From Candidatus Taylorbacteria bacterium RIFCSPLOWO2_01_FULL_48_100 (GTDB lineage: Bacteria > Patescibacteriota > Minisyncoccia > Phycocordibacterales > UBA10002): a stretch of DNA of 64,000 nt. Where the stretch lies: contig MHSA01000011.1 of the NCBI GenBank assembly GCA_001821135.1, positions 3,042 through 67,041 of the forward strand, in the 5' to 3' direction. The translations under genes and the position numbers were made by a program. How positions within the stretch are numbered: position 1 is the first letter of the stretch; every line of letters starts with the position of its first letter. Of this stretch, positions 22,856 through 31,354 are shown piece after piece. The notes below the pieces were generated by a model. That model was given only the letters and a program-made list of their open reading frames with translations, did no database searches and was not told where the DNA came from.

Positions 22856-23533
22856 ATGTCCTCACCCCAATGCATAGGCATCATTATGGACGGCAATCGG
22901 CGCTTCGCGCGCGAGCGCGGGCTCTCGCTCCTTGAAGGGCACAATGCTGGTTCGGAGAAGTTGAAAGAGGTGATGCGCTGGGCGCGCGAGGCGGGCATCA
23001 AACATGTCATTGTGTACGCATTTTCCACAGAAAATTGGAATCGCTCAAAAAGCGAAGTTCTTTACCTCCTCCGTTTGTTCAAAAGAATTTTGACTCGCGA
23101 ACTTACGGCGATTAAGCGCGATGGTTTTCGCGTGCGCTGTGTCGGGCTCCTCTCGCGCTTCTCGCGCGAATTGCAAAAAATTATGCAGAATGCGGAAGCG
23201 GAAACCGCCAATCTTCCAGGACCAACGCTCGCGCTAGCGCTCTCGTATGGCGGCAGAGCCGAGATTCTTGACGCCGCAAATCGCGCGCTCAAAAACGGAG
23301 AGAAGAATTTGGACGAAAAGACATTTCGCAAATACTTGTGGACGCAAGACCTTCCGGACCCCGACTTAATTATACGAACTTCAGGGGAGAAGCGGCTTTC
23401 TGGGTTTCTGCCGTGGCAGGGCGTGTATAGTGAGCTATTCTTTACAAAAACCTACTGGCCCGCGCTCTCGCGCAATGAATTTTTCGGCATTCTGAAAGAG
23501 TTTGGCGACCGCGAGCGTAGAATGGGTAGATAA
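22856..23533 (+). CDS. uppS: Undecaprenyl diphosphate synthase (isoprenyl transferase)
   Basis: GIIMDGNRRFARERG...GH.AG...VYAFSTENWNR... is the UPPS signature. Confidence 0.85.
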   Translation: MSSPQCIGIIMDGNRRFARERGLSLLEGHNAGSEKLKEVMRWAREAGIKHVIVYAFSTENWNRSKSEVLYLLRLFKRILTRELTAIKRDGFRVRCVGLLSRFSRELQKIMQNAEAETANLPGPTLALALSYGGRAEILDAANRALKNGEKNLDEKTFRKYLWTQDLPDPDLIIRTSGEKRLSGFLPWQGVYSELFFTKTYWPALSRNEFFGILKEFGDRERRMGR

Positions 23534-23578
23534 ACATACGAATATACGAACAATACGAATCTACGAATGGCTACGAAT
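23534..23578. repeat. Tandem TACGAAT element, copy 2 (CATACGAATATACGAACAATACGAATCTACGAATGGCTACGAAT); its 3' end forms the rluA-like start codon (ATGGCTACGAAT = MATN)
   Basis: Near-identical to the inverted copy at 29143-29188; related to 2727-2775. Confidence 0.6.
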
Positions 23579-24271
23579 AAAATCCAAATTCTTTATGAAG
23601 ATAATGATGTGTTGGTTATCAACAAACCAGCTGGCTTAATTGTGCATGCAGACGGACGCACGAACGAACCAACGCTCGTTGATTGGGTTTTGGGAAAATA
23701 TCCGGAAATTAAGATGGTCGGCGATGCGGCTAGACCTGGAATTGTGCATCGTCTAGACCGCGACACTTCAGGTGCGCTAGTTATTGCGAAAAATCAAAAG
23801 GCGTACGATTTTTTGAGAGAGCAATTTCAATCGCGGAAAGTAGAAAAAATCTATCATGCGTTTGTATATGGGCGCGTGAAAAATGACGAGGGGGTTATTG
23901 ACCGCCCTATTGCGCGGAGCAAGCGCGGAGGCGCGCTTTGGAGCGCGACGCGCGGGAAAAAAGGTAAAGAGCGCGATGCTGTAACGGAATACAAGGTCTT
24001 GAAGAGAGGAGATGGCTATTCGCTGATTGAATTGCGGCCGCTGACAGGTAGGACACACCAACTTCGCGTGCACCTGAAAGCGATTAATTATCCGGTGGTG
24101 TGCGATAAGTTGTATGCGCCTAAAAAAGAATGTTTGCTGGGCTTTAACCGTCTCGCGCTCCACGCGCGCTCGCTCACGCTCGCGCTAATATCTGGAAAAA
24201 AGATAAAAATAGAAGCGCCGTACCCGAATGACTTTGAGGAAGCGTTAAAAATTGCAAATCTTGAATCTTGA
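23567..24271 (+). CDS. RluA-family pseudouridine synthase
   Basis: VLVINKPAGLIVH and the catalytic HRLDRDTSGALVIAKN motif. Confidence 0.8.
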   Translation: MATNKIQILYEDNDVLVINKPAGLIVHADGRTNEPTLVDWVLGKYPEIKMVGDAARPGIVHRLDRDTSGALVIAKNQKAYDFLREQFQSRKVEKIYHAFVYGRVKNDEGVIDRPIARSKRGGALWSATRGKKGKERDAVTEYKVLKRGDGYSLIELRPLTGRTHQLRVHLKAINYPVVCDKLYAPKKECLLGFNRLALHARSLTLALISGKKIKIEAPYPNDFEEALKIANLES

Positions 24272-24298
24272 AGTAAGTCATGCTAGATTGATTCTGTT

Positions 24299-24739
24299 AT
24301 GCCGATTACTATTTCATCCGTAAATATGGAGGAGCGCAGAAAGCTTGACTTGCGCGCGGGCGACACTGTGCGCGTTACGCAGAAAATTACCGAGCGCGTT
24401 ATGGAAAAGGACAAAGTGAAGGAAAAGAAACGCTTGCAGGCGTTTGAGGGGCTCGTGCTCGCGCGCAAGCACGGGCGCGAGGCAGGCAGCTCGTTTACAG
24501 TGCGGCGCATTATCGGCGGTATTGGCGTGGAGCGAATTTTCCCTTTGTATGCGCCAACTATTGAAAAAATTGAAGTATTGAAGCGCGCGAAAGTGCGCCG
24601 CGCGAAGCTCTACCACATTCGCCGTAAAGCGGCGAAGGAAATCCGCAAGGCGATGCGCCACGAGCGGATGGAACAAAAAGAAATAAAAACAGAAACGACG
24701 CCCGTTGCCTCTGTTGCAGAAACGCCCCACACAGCATAG
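24299..24739 (+). CDS. rplS: 50S ribosomal protein L19 with a C-terminal Lys/Glu-rich extension
   Basis: AGDTVRV...[15 protein letters not shown]...[27 protein letters not shown]...[10 protein letters not shown] is the L19 signature. Confidence 0.8.
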   Translation: MPITISSVNMEERRKLDLRAGDTVRVTQKITERVMEKDKVKEKKRLQAFEGLVLARKHGREAGSSFTVRRIIGGIGVERIFPLYAPTIEKIEVLKRAKVRRAKLYHIRRKAAKEIRKAMRHERMEQKEIKTETTPVASVAETPHTA

Positions 24740-24752
24740 GATAATTGAAGTC

Positions 24753-24833
24753 GCGCGGGTGTTGTAATGGTAGCCAAGCACGCTTGAGGTGCGTGTGCCG
24801 AAAGGCGTGGAGGTTCAAATCCTCTCCCGCGCA
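24753..24833 (+). tRNA. tRNA-Leu (anticodon GAG), class II
   Basis: Acceptor GCGCGGG/CCCGCGC; anticodon stem CACGC/GCGTG with loop TTGAGGT; long variable arm TGCCGAAAGGCGTG; T-arm GGAGG-TTCAAAT-CCTCT. Confidence 0.7.
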
Positions 24834-25120
24834 TTTAGATCTTAAAAAAATACTTATTAACATGACTTTTTGGGCAAAGATTTCTTGGGCTTCCGTATTT
24901 ATTTTTGGAACTACATGGTTTGTTGAAGGAGTATGCGACAATCCACCGCCAAGTTTGTGGCTCCAAGGAATACTGGCATTTCCTTGTTGGGATATTATAT
25001 GGTTTTGGGGGTACATGGCCGGAATAGCATTTTTGTATGGTGCTGTGACGGGTGAATAATGGGAAACTATAAAATTATAAAATATTGTAAAATTACCCAA
25101 GATATATTAATATATAGAAT

Positions 25121-25369
25121 ATGAAAGATAATTATCTTCAAATACAACTTGACTATTTTAAAGCACATCAAAATGAACTCGTAAAAAAATACGATGGAAA
25201 GTTTCTTGTCATCAAAGATCAAGAAGTTCATGGCGTTTATGATACAGAAATGGAGGCATACACAGATGCTAAGAAGAAATTTGAGATGGGTACTTTTTTA
25301 ATTCAACTATGCCTCCCTGGTCAAGAAAGTTATACCCAGACATTTCATTCTCGGGTTGCATTTTCTTAA
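25121..25369 (+). CDS. DUF5678-like small protein, partner of the retropepsin-like protease (module 2)
   Basis: 82 aa; GKFLVIKDQEVHGVYDTE...FLIQLCLPGQESY aligns with the module-1 protein (NKWVAVSSDYKKVVAVDD...IIMRVLPSDVGY). Confidence 0.6.
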   Translation: MKDNYLQIQLDYFKAHQNELVKKYDGKFLVIKDQEVHGVYDTEMEAYTDAKKKFEMGTFLIQLCLPGQESYTQTFHSRVAFS

Positions 25370-25372
25370 CCG

Positions 25373-25921
25373 ATGAAACATCACGCATTCACCACTAGAT
25401 ATAGCGGACGAGCACGGATGTTGTTTAATGAAGTTGGTGTGTGTTTACCAATTATTCCAACTGAAACACAAACGCCAAAAGTTGATTTCAGGAAGTATGT
25501 TGCGATATGGGATACAGGAGCAACACATTCTGCTATAACAAAAAAAGTTGCAGACGATTTGGGCTTGAAAGCAACAGGCATTGTAGAAGTCAGATATGGC
25601 GATGGAAAGTCTTCAACTAATACTTATCTCGTGAATATTTCATTGCCAAACAAAGTGATGGTTCCCCATGTGCGAGTAACAGAAGTAAAGCTTATTCCTG
25701 ACGACAACATTTCAGATGATAAACAACTTCAACTTTTAATCGGAATGGACATAATCGGTCTTGGCGATTTTGCTGTTACCAATGTCAACGGAAAAACGGT
25801 TTTTTCGTTTCGCATCCCATCAGTTGAGGAAATAGATTTTATACCTAGTGCTCAAGAAAATAATGTAATGGACAGTGGAAATAGACATGCACGGCGCGTT
25901 ATTCAAGCGAGAAAGAAATAG
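25373..25921 (+). CDS. Clan AA (retropepsin-like) aspartic protease, module 2
   Basis: Catalytic IWDTGAT motif and a later LLIGMDIIG region; 182 aa. It lies in an AT-rich islet immediately 3' of tRNA-Leu. Confidence 0.7.
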   Translation: MKHHAFTTRYSGRARMLFNEVGVCLPIIPTETQTPKVDFRKYVAIWDTGATHSAITKKVADDLGLKATGIVEVRYGDGKSSTNTYLVNISLPNKVMVPHVRVTEVKLIPDDNISDDKQLQLLIGMDIIGLGDFAVTNVNGKTVFSFRIPSVEEIDFIPSAQENNVMDSGNRHARRVIQARKK

Positions 25922-25976
25922 TGCTATACTACCCTCGCGTCGAGAACTATTATAAACCTCTTAATTTTTTCATTTT

Positions 25977-26234
25977 ATGGCGGAAAAAAAGGAAAAAGAA
26001 ATAGGAAAGGTGATTCATTGGTACGGCAAAATCAATGTCGCCGTGGTTAAGCTCGCGGGTGCATTAAAAGTGGGTGATGCAATAAAAGTGCGGCATGGCG
26101 AGAGCGAGTTTAAGGATGCGGTGTCGTCTATGCAACTGGACCATAAGCCGGTTGAAGCGGGGAAGAAAGGGCAGGAAATCGCCATCCAACTCTCGCAAGA
26201 AGCAAAAGACGGCTCGCTCGTGTATAAAGCGTAA
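25977..26234 (+). CDS. Hypothetical small protein (possible EF-Tu domain-2-like beta-barrel)
   Basis: 85-aa ORF; VGDAIKVRHGESEFKDAVSSMQLDHKPVEAGKKGQEIAI weakly resembles translation-factor beta-barrel domains. Confidence 0.35.
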   Translation: MAEKKEKEIGKVIHWYGKINVAVVKLAGALKVGDAIKVRHGESEFKDAVSSMQLDHKPVEAGKKGQEIAIQLSQEAKDGSLVYKA

Positions 26235-26236
26235 GT

Positions 26237-26821
26237 ATGTGGTACACACGCAAGGGCGACAAAGGAGATACGAAAACGCTACGCGAGAAAACGGGCGCGC
26301 GCATTTCTAAATCCTCGTGCGCCACTGAAGCACTCGGCGCGGTGGACGAACTCAATTCTTTTTTGGGGTTGCTCAAAGTGCAGTCGCTTAACCTTCCATT
26401 TGAGGTGCGCGGCGTTTCGCTTCCCGCGCTCTTTCATGCGATGCAGGAAAACCTTTTTATCGTTCAAGCAGAACTGGCGGGTGCTGACAAACGGGTCGCT
26501 CCGGAAAAGGTGAAAGAAATTGAAGACATCATACACTCAATTGAAAAGAAACTTCCGCCCGTGAAGTCGTTTTTTATAGGCGGTGGCGCTCCGCGCGGAA
26601 AGTTTTCTGCCGGCAGAGAGCTTGCCGCCCATATTGATGTCGCGCGCGCGATTGCGCGCCGCGCAGAGCGGCGCGTTATTGCAGGAGTTGAAAAGAAGGA
26701 ATTAAAAATATCAGCAGGGACGCTCGCGTATCTCAACCGTCTCTCTTCTCTTTTGTACGCGCTTGTGCGGTTTTTAAACCATAATGCTGGAGTGCCCGAA
26801 GCGGCGCCGAGTTACAAGTAG
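26237..26821 (+). CDS. ATP:cob(I)alamin adenosyltransferase, PduO/MMAB type
   Basis: MWYTRKGDKGDTKTL...ISKSSCATEALGAVDELNSFLG matches the PduO-type ATR N-terminus. Confidence 0.65.
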   Translation: MWYTRKGDKGDTKTLREKTGARISKSSCATEALGAVDELNSFLGLLKVQSLNLPFEVRGVSLPALFHAMQENLFIVQAELAGADKRVAPEKVKEIEDIIHSIEKKLPPVKSFFIGGGAPRGKFSAGRELAAHIDVARAIARRAERRVIAGVEKKELKISAGTLAYLNRLSSLLYALVRFLNHNAGVPEAAPSYK

Positions 26822-26848
26822 TTTATTTTGTGTTATTTTGATGCTTAT

Positions 26849-26922
26849 GGTGCCTATAGTGTAGCGGCTCTGCACGAGGGTTTGTGGAACCCTAAGTTCC
26901 GGATCGACACCGGATAGGCACC
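26849..26922 (+). tRNA. tRNA-His (anticodon GTG) with a 5' G-1 and a genomically encoded CCA (26923-26925)
   Basis: G-1 then GTGCCTA/TAGGCAC acceptor; anticodon stem AGGGT/ACCCT with loop TTGTGGA; T-arm TCCGG-ATCGACA-CCGGA; then CCCA. Confidence 0.65.
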
Positions 26923-26936
26923 CCAAATTATTGCGC

Positions 26937-26964
26937 TTGTTGTTGCGTGTCGGAGTGGTACAAT
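26937..26964 (+). promoter_or_regulatory. Sigma70-like promoter: TTGTTG, 16-nt spacer, TACAAT
   Basis: Hexamers upstream of a ~200-nt unit that ends at the 27146-27172 terminator. Confidence 0.4.
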
Positions 26965-26992
26965 TGATGCGGAATTGAACATGGAGGTTTAA

Positions 26993-27184
26993 ATGAAAAA
27001 GAAAAGACTGCATTGCAGAAGAAATGGCCGTTTCGTCAAAATTACCGAGGCGATGATTCATCGCGCTTTCCACGCACTCGCACTCGCAGAATGCAGAAAG
27101 TGGGAGCGCGAAGTTGGCACTAATACGCACATTCGCGGTTTGGTCGGGGGCAGATTTTTCTGCCCCCTTTTTGCGCTTTCTTAG
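26993..27184 (+). other. Candidate small transcript (63-aa basic ORF, or an sRNA/leader) with its own promoter and an intrinsic terminator embedded in its 3' end, immediately upstream of folD
   Basis: ORF MKKKRLHCRRNGRFVKITEAMIHRAFHALALAECRKW... has no family match. The terminator hairpin GGGGGCAGATTTTTCTGCCCCC-TTTTT lies inside the ORF's 3' end. Confidence 0.3.
27146..27172 (+). terminator. Rho-independent terminator
   Basis: GGGGGCAGA-TTTTT-CTGCCCCC followed by TTTTT. Confidence 0.75.
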
Positions 27185-27190
27185 CAAACG

Positions 27191-28105
27191 ATGCAGAATA
27201 AAGAAATGAAAGCACAGACGCTCATATTGGACGGACGCACTGCGCGCGATGAAATACGCGCGCGGCTTAAAAAAGAATTCAACGCGCTTACACAGCCGCG
27301 CGCGCTCGCCATTGTGCAAGTAGGCGACGACCACGCGTCATCTGCGTACATTCGGCAAAAAATCTTGTTTGGAAAAAGTGTCGGTGTAGAGGTGATTCAT
27401 GAAAAATTGCCCTCGGACTCGCGCGAGCAAGCGGTTGCGGATTGCATTTTCGCGCTGTCTGCGAATCCGTCTGTTGCAGGAATTATCGTGCAGTTGCCTT
27501 TGCCAGCGCATTTGGAGCGCGAGCGCATTTTGGATTTAGTTCCTCACGAAAAAGATGTTGACGGACTTTCTTCCGCGAGCCGCACTCGGCTCGCGGCTGT
27601 GGATGCATCAGGTTTTGTACCTGCGACAGCGCGCGGAGTCGGCGAACTTCTTTCGCGTTACGGTATCTCGGTTGTAGGAAAGAAAGTTGCCGTGTTCGGG
27701 CGCTCGCTTATTGCGGGCAGGCCGATTGCGCAACTACTATCTGCAAAGGGCGCGCGCGTTACTGTTCTACACAGCAAAACCCCTAAAGCAGAAGCGCAAA
27801 GGATTTCGCGCGCGAGCGATATTGTCATTGTCGCAATCGGAAAACCGTGTTTTATAGGAAGCGAATATTTCAGGAGCGACAAAACACAAGTTGTTGTTGA
27901 TGTAGGAATCAATCGCACTGCAACAGGCGTAGCGCTTTTTGAAGAAGTTCCACGAGTAAATCTGATTGGAGATGTTGATTTTGATATTGTGAAAAATATG
28001 GTCGTGGCCATCTCGCCCGTCCCTGGTGGGGTCGGTCCCATGACCGTCGCATGCTTGTTTGAGAATCTCCGCGATGCTGTGTATAATCAAAGCAATGTTA
28101 AATAA
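27191..28105 (+). CDS. folD: Bifunctional 5,10-methylene-THF dehydrogenase/cyclohydrolase
   Basis: ILDGRTARDEIRARLKKE..., the conserved YIRQK lysine motif, the GKK.AV.GRSLIAGRP Rossmann loop, and PVPGGVGPMTVA. Confidence 0.9.
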   Translation: MQNKEMKAQTLILDGRTARDEIRARLKKEFNALTQPRALAIVQVGDDHASSAYIRQKILFGKSVGVEVIHEKLPSDSREQAVADCIFALSANPSVAGIIVQLPLPAHLERERILDLVPHEKDVDGLSSASRTRLAAVDASGFVPATARGVGELLSRYGISVVGKKVAVFGRSLIAGRPIAQLLSAKGARVTVLHSKTPKAEAQRISRASDIVIVAIGKPCFIGSEYFRSDKTQVVVDVGINRTATGVALFEEVPRVNLIGDVDFDIVKNMVVAISPVPGGVGPMTVACLFENLRDAVYNQSNVK

Positions 28106-28883
28106 CATCAAAATACAAAAGGCGGTTTTTGCGGTTTTAATAATTTTGGCGGTATTGTTACTCGGCAAGGTGTTTGCGGAGTTTGGCTCGCTCCGCTATA
28201 TCGGCACGAATCCACAGGCGCAAAGCATCATTTCCGTTTCGGGGAAGGGTGAGGTTGTCGCCGTGCCAGACATAGCAACTTTTTCATTTTCCGTAGAAAA
28301 GGAGTCGCTTTTGGTCGCGGACGCGCAAGCGGATGTCGCGAAGCGCACTAACGACATTATCGCGTTTCTGAAGAAAAATAAAGTTGAGGAAAAAGACATC
28401 AAAACCGCCGGCTACAACATTTACCCGCGTTACGAATACCAGACGATAGGTGATAGCGTGTCGGTGCTTTACCAAGGCGGCGGCAAGCGGTACCTCGCGG
28501 CGTATGTGGTGAGCCAAAGCATTTCAGTAAAGGTGCGTACGGTTGGTGATGCGGGAAAATTGCTGTCGGGCATCGGCGAACTGGGAGCGGAAAATGTGTC
28601 GGGTCTTTCATTTGATTTTGACAAGCGCGACGAGATGATTAAAGAGGCGCGCGGCAAAGCAATTGCGGAGGCGCGCGCAGAAGCGGAAAATCTCGCTAAG
28701 GCGCTCGGCGTGCGGCTCGTGCGCATCGTGTCGTACAACGACAATGGCAGATACCCGATTTACTACGCGAAAGCAGAAGCCGCATCGTACAGCATTGGAG
28801 GCGGTGGGCGCGTTACGCCCGAGATTCCCGTTGGAGAAGATAAAATAATTTCTCAAGTAAATATCACATACGAAATCAAGTAG
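28095..28883 (+). CDS. SIMPL-domain (DUF541) periplasmic protein
   Basis: Signal anchor followed by SIMPL-like repeats (ISVSGKGEVVAVPDIATFSFSVE...). Start taken at the internal M 28095. Confidence 0.55.
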   Translation: MLNNIKIQKAVFAVLIILAVLLLGKVFAEFGSLRYIGTNPQAQSIISVSGKGEVVAVPDIATFSFSVEKESLLVADAQADVAKRTNDIIAFLKKNKVEEKDIKTAGYNIYPRYEYQTIGDSVSVLYQGGGKRYLAAYVVSQSISVKVRTVGDAGKLLSGIGELGAENVSGLSFDFDKRDEMIKEARGKAIAEARAEAENLAKALGVRLVRIVSYNDNGRYPIYYAKAEAASYSIGGGGRVTPEIPVGEDKIISQVNITYEIK

Positions 28884-28957
28884 AGTTTGACAGCCGTTTT
28901 GTTTGGCGTATGATATAAAAAACGGCCGAAAGGCCTTTTTTATTAGGAAACGCGTTT

Positions 28958-29137
28958 ATGTCTAGAATTACCGAATATCTCAAGGAAACGCGCGGGGAAC
29001 TGCGCCATGTGAACTGGCCGACGCGCAAGCAAGCGTCAGTGTTTACCGCGCTCGTAGTTGCCGTGTCGCTTATTACCGCGGCGTATCTCGGTGTGTTTGA
29101 TTATCTTTTTTCCCTAATTCTTCGGCAAATTTTTTAA
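28958..29137 (+). CDS. secE: Preprotein translocase subunit SecE (59 aa)
   Basis: MSRITEYLKETRGELRHVNWPTRKQASVFTALVVAVSLITAAYLGVFDYLFSLILRQIF. This is the SecE pattern, directly upstream of nusG. It is below the ORF-track length cutoff. Confidence 0.8.
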   Translation: MSRITEYLKETRGELRHVNWPTRKQASVFTALVVAVSLITAAYLGVFDYLFSLILRQIF

Positions 29138-29142
29138 TCCAT

Positions 29143-29188
29143 TTTCGTAGCCATTCGTAGATTCGTATTGTTCGTATATTCGTATATG
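29143..29188. repeat. Tandem TACGAAT element, copy 3, in inverted orientation (reverse complement CATATACGAATATACGAACAATACGAATCTACGAATGGCTACGAAA), directly before the nusG start
   Basis: About 95% identical to copy 2 on the opposite strand. Confidence 0.6.
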
Positions 29189-29728
29189 TCTAAACAGCAA
29201 ACAGCAGAGCGGAATTGGTACGCGATTCATACCTACGCAGGGTATGAAAACGCCGTTGCGCGCAACTTAAAACAGCGCATTGAGTCCCTCGGTATGGAAG
29301 GTAAGATTTTTAATGTAGTTGTGCCGGTAGAAAAGAAGATAAAAATAAAAGGCGGCAAGCGCGCGGAGGAGGAAGAAAAGATTTACCCTGGGTATGTGCT
29401 GGTGGATATGATTGTAACCGACGACTCGTGGTATGTGGTGCGCAACACGCCGCGCGTGACGGGCTTCGTCGGTTCGGGCGTTTTTCCAGTTCCGCTTGAT
29501 AAAAAAGAGGTGGAAGGTCTGTTTACGCGGATGAGCGCGGAACAGGTGGAACACAACATTGACTTATCTGCGGATGATGCGGTAATCATTACCGACGGAC
29601 CGTTTAAGGAGCTTGAAGGGAAGGTTGCCGAAGTGGATAAGAGCCGCGGCAAGGTGAAGGTACTCGTGTCTATGTTTGGAAGAGAGACCCCGGTAGAATT
29701 GGACTTTTTACAAGTGAAGAAAATATAA
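29186..29728 (+). CDS. nusG: Transcription termination/antitermination factor NusG
   Basis: WYAIHTYAGYENAV (NGN domain) ... C-terminal KOW motif FKELEGKVAEVDKSRGKVKVLVSMFGRETPVELDFLQV. Confidence 0.9.
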   Translation: MSKQQTAERNWYAIHTYAGYENAVARNLKQRIESLGMEGKIFNVVVPVEKKIKIKGGKRAEEEEKIYPGYVLVDMIVTDDSWYVVRNTPRVTGFVGSGVFPVPLDKKEVEGLFTRMSAEQVEHNIDLSADDAVIITDGPFKELEGKVAEVDKSRGKVKVLVSMFGRETPVELDFLQVKKI

Positions 29729-29732
29729 TTTT

Positions 29733-30155
29733 ATGGCAAAGAAATTACTGCGAAAGTTGAAGTTGATTGTTCCAGGTGCGGCGGCAACGCCCGCGCCGCC
29801 TTTGGGTCCCGCTTTGGGGCAGGCGAAGGTAAACATCGGTGAGTTCGTGACTCGCTTCAATGCGGCGACGCAAAAGATGAAGGGCGAGACGCTTCCTGTG
29901 GAAGTGCATATTTTTGACGACAAGTCGTTTGACCTAAAAATAAAAGCGCCGACTGTTTCCAGTATGCTTCTCAAGGCAATCGGCAAAGAGAAAGGTGCGG
30001 GCAAGCCGCCGGTAGAAAAAGCGGGAACAATTACTAAGGCGAAATTGCGCGAAATTGCAGAAAAGAAAATGCAGGACTTGAATACAACCACAATTGAAGC
30101 CGCCGAAAAAATAGTCGCCGGTAGCGCGCTGTCTATGGGGATAGAAATTAAATAG
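29733..30155 (+). CDS. rplK: 50S ribosomal protein L11
   Basis: KLIVPGAAATPAPPLGPALGQAKVNIGEFV...FDLKIKAPTVSSMLLKA is the L11 signature. Confidence 0.9.
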   Translation: MAKKLLRKLKLIVPGAAATPAPPLGPALGQAKVNIGEFVTRFNAATQKMKGETLPVEVHIFDDKSFDLKIKAPTVSSMLLKAIGKEKGAGKPPVEKAGTITKAKLREIAEKKMQDLNTTTIEAAEKIVAGSALSMGIEIK

Positions 30156-30708
30156 CGCGTTCCAAATCAACCCACACATATCTTAATCCAGTTTTCGTGT
30201 CAGTTCTTTCTTCGCGGAATACTTCGTGCGTGAAGTCCTTGTTCCAGTCGTGGAAGAAAACATCACCCTCCGCATCGCTTTCAACGAGCGTGAGGTAGAG
30301 TTTGTCGGTGAGCGGGAGCGCTTGTTTATAAATCTCTCCGCCACCGATGATGAAGATTTCCTTTTTGTTTTCCTCCTGCCCTTTTCCAAAGGGGAGGTGT
30401 CTCCCATAGGGAGACGGAGGGGTGTCTTCTGTTTTCTGCGCAATTTGTATCGCTTCTTCAAGCGACCCCGCAACCACCACTCCTTCCTTCTTAAAATACG
30501 GATTGCGCGTTATAACGATATTTGTGCGGTTTGGAAGTGCTTTGCCGATAGAGTCAAATGTCTTTCTGCCCATAATAACCGTATGTCCAGTCGTGAGCAC
30601 CTTAAACCGCTTAAGGTCGTCCGAAATGCGCCAAAGGAGCGCGCCCGCCTTTCCAATCGCGCGATTGTTCCTCCCCACCGCGGCAATGATGCTGATGCAC
30701 GCTTCCAT
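30148..30708 (-). CDS. folA: Dihydrofolate reductase carrying a ~24-aa in-frame palindromic-repeat insertion
   Basis: ISIIAAVGRNNRAIGKAGALLW...DLKRFKVLTTGHTVIMGRKTF ... IGGGEIY are DHFR motifs. The insertion EDTPPSPYGRHLPFGKGQEENKKE is encoded by the palindromic element at 30379-30426. Confidence 0.85.
   Translation of the reverse strand: MEACISIIAAVGRNNRAIGKAGALLWRISDDLKRFKVLTTGHTVIMGRKTFDSIGKALPNRTNIVITRNPYFKKEGVVVAGSLEEAIQIAQKTEDTPPSPYGRHLPFGKGQEENKKEIFIIGGGEIYKQALPLTDKLYLTLVESDAEGDVFFHDWNKDFTHEVFREERTDTKTGLRYVWVDLERAI
30379..30426. repeat. G/C-rich palindromic repeat element, copy H (CCCTTTTCCAAAGGGG ... GTCTCCCATAGGGAGAC), in-frame inside folA
   Basis: Two inverted-repeat modules in the style of the CCCTTATCATAAGGGGG modules of copies B, C and D. 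Confidence 0.55.
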
Positions 30709-30709
30709 T

Positions 30710-31342
30710 TTATTTTACCGCATGCTCTGCTTTAAGTTTTCTTATATCACCCTTAAAGATAAGCCGTGACTCCAGTGCTCTTTCTTTTTTAATGCCTTCT
30801 ATAATGTCGCGCTTGTGGTATTTGCTCTTTCGAGGGGCGACTGGTTCGGTGAGTTCTTCAAAAACAATTTGGCATAGCCGTTCTCCCGGGTAAAGGCGGA
30901 CAATTTGCGAACTGGTGTTGTTGCGGATGGGGAGCGTCAATTGTCCTTCATATCCAGAATCAATAATCCCAGTGAGGTCAAGCGAGAGCCCTTTGCGGTT
31001 GGTAGACGAACGAGGATACAAAATCGCCATAATATCGTTCGGCACTTTTATTGATTCAAGGGTTGAGACAAGCACATATTCGTTTGGCAATAGGTCAAAA
31101 TACTGGCCTTGTTCAAGTTCTATAATCTCAAAATAGTCGGCGTTCACTTTGTCAAAATTGAGTATGTCTAGCGATTCGCGACCGCGCGCCGTGATGTGCC
31201 AGATTTTGGGAATTAGAAAGGTGAAGCCGAGCCGCAAGTCCACTGCGTGGTCTTGCAGTTGGAACGAATCCAGATTCGGCGAGAAGCCGATTTCTTTTTT
31301 TGCAACCCGCTCAAGAATTCCTTTTTTGGTCAGTATAGCCAT
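30710..31342 (-). CDS. dcd: dCTP deaminase (Dcd/dUTPase superfamily)
   Basis: MAILTKKGILERV...DLRLG...DSGYEGQLTLPIRN... gives Dcd-like length and motifs. Confidence 0.7.
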   Translation of the reverse strand: MAILTKKGILERVAKKEIGFSPNLDSFQLQDHAVDLRLGFTFLIPKIWHITARGRESLDILNFDKVNADYFEIIELEQGQYFDLLPNEYVLVSTLESIKVPNDIMAILYPRSSTNRKGLSLDLTGIIDSGYEGQLTLPIRNNTSSQIVRLYPGERLCQIVFEELTEPVAPRKSKYHKRDIIEGIKKERALESRLIFKGDIRKLKAEHAVK

Positions 31343-31354
31343 AAGTATTGTATG

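Noticed and set aside
24745-24861. 5' part of tracked ORF 24745-25059
   Set aside because: It overlaps tRNA-Leu (24753-24833). Only the portion from ATG 24862 could be a real small hydrophobic ORF, and even that is low confidence.
26993-27184. 63-aa basic ORF as a small ribosomal protein
   Set aside because: No similarity to L32, L33, L34, L35, L36, S21 or S22 signatures, and it runs through its own terminator hairpin. Kept only as a candidate small transcript.
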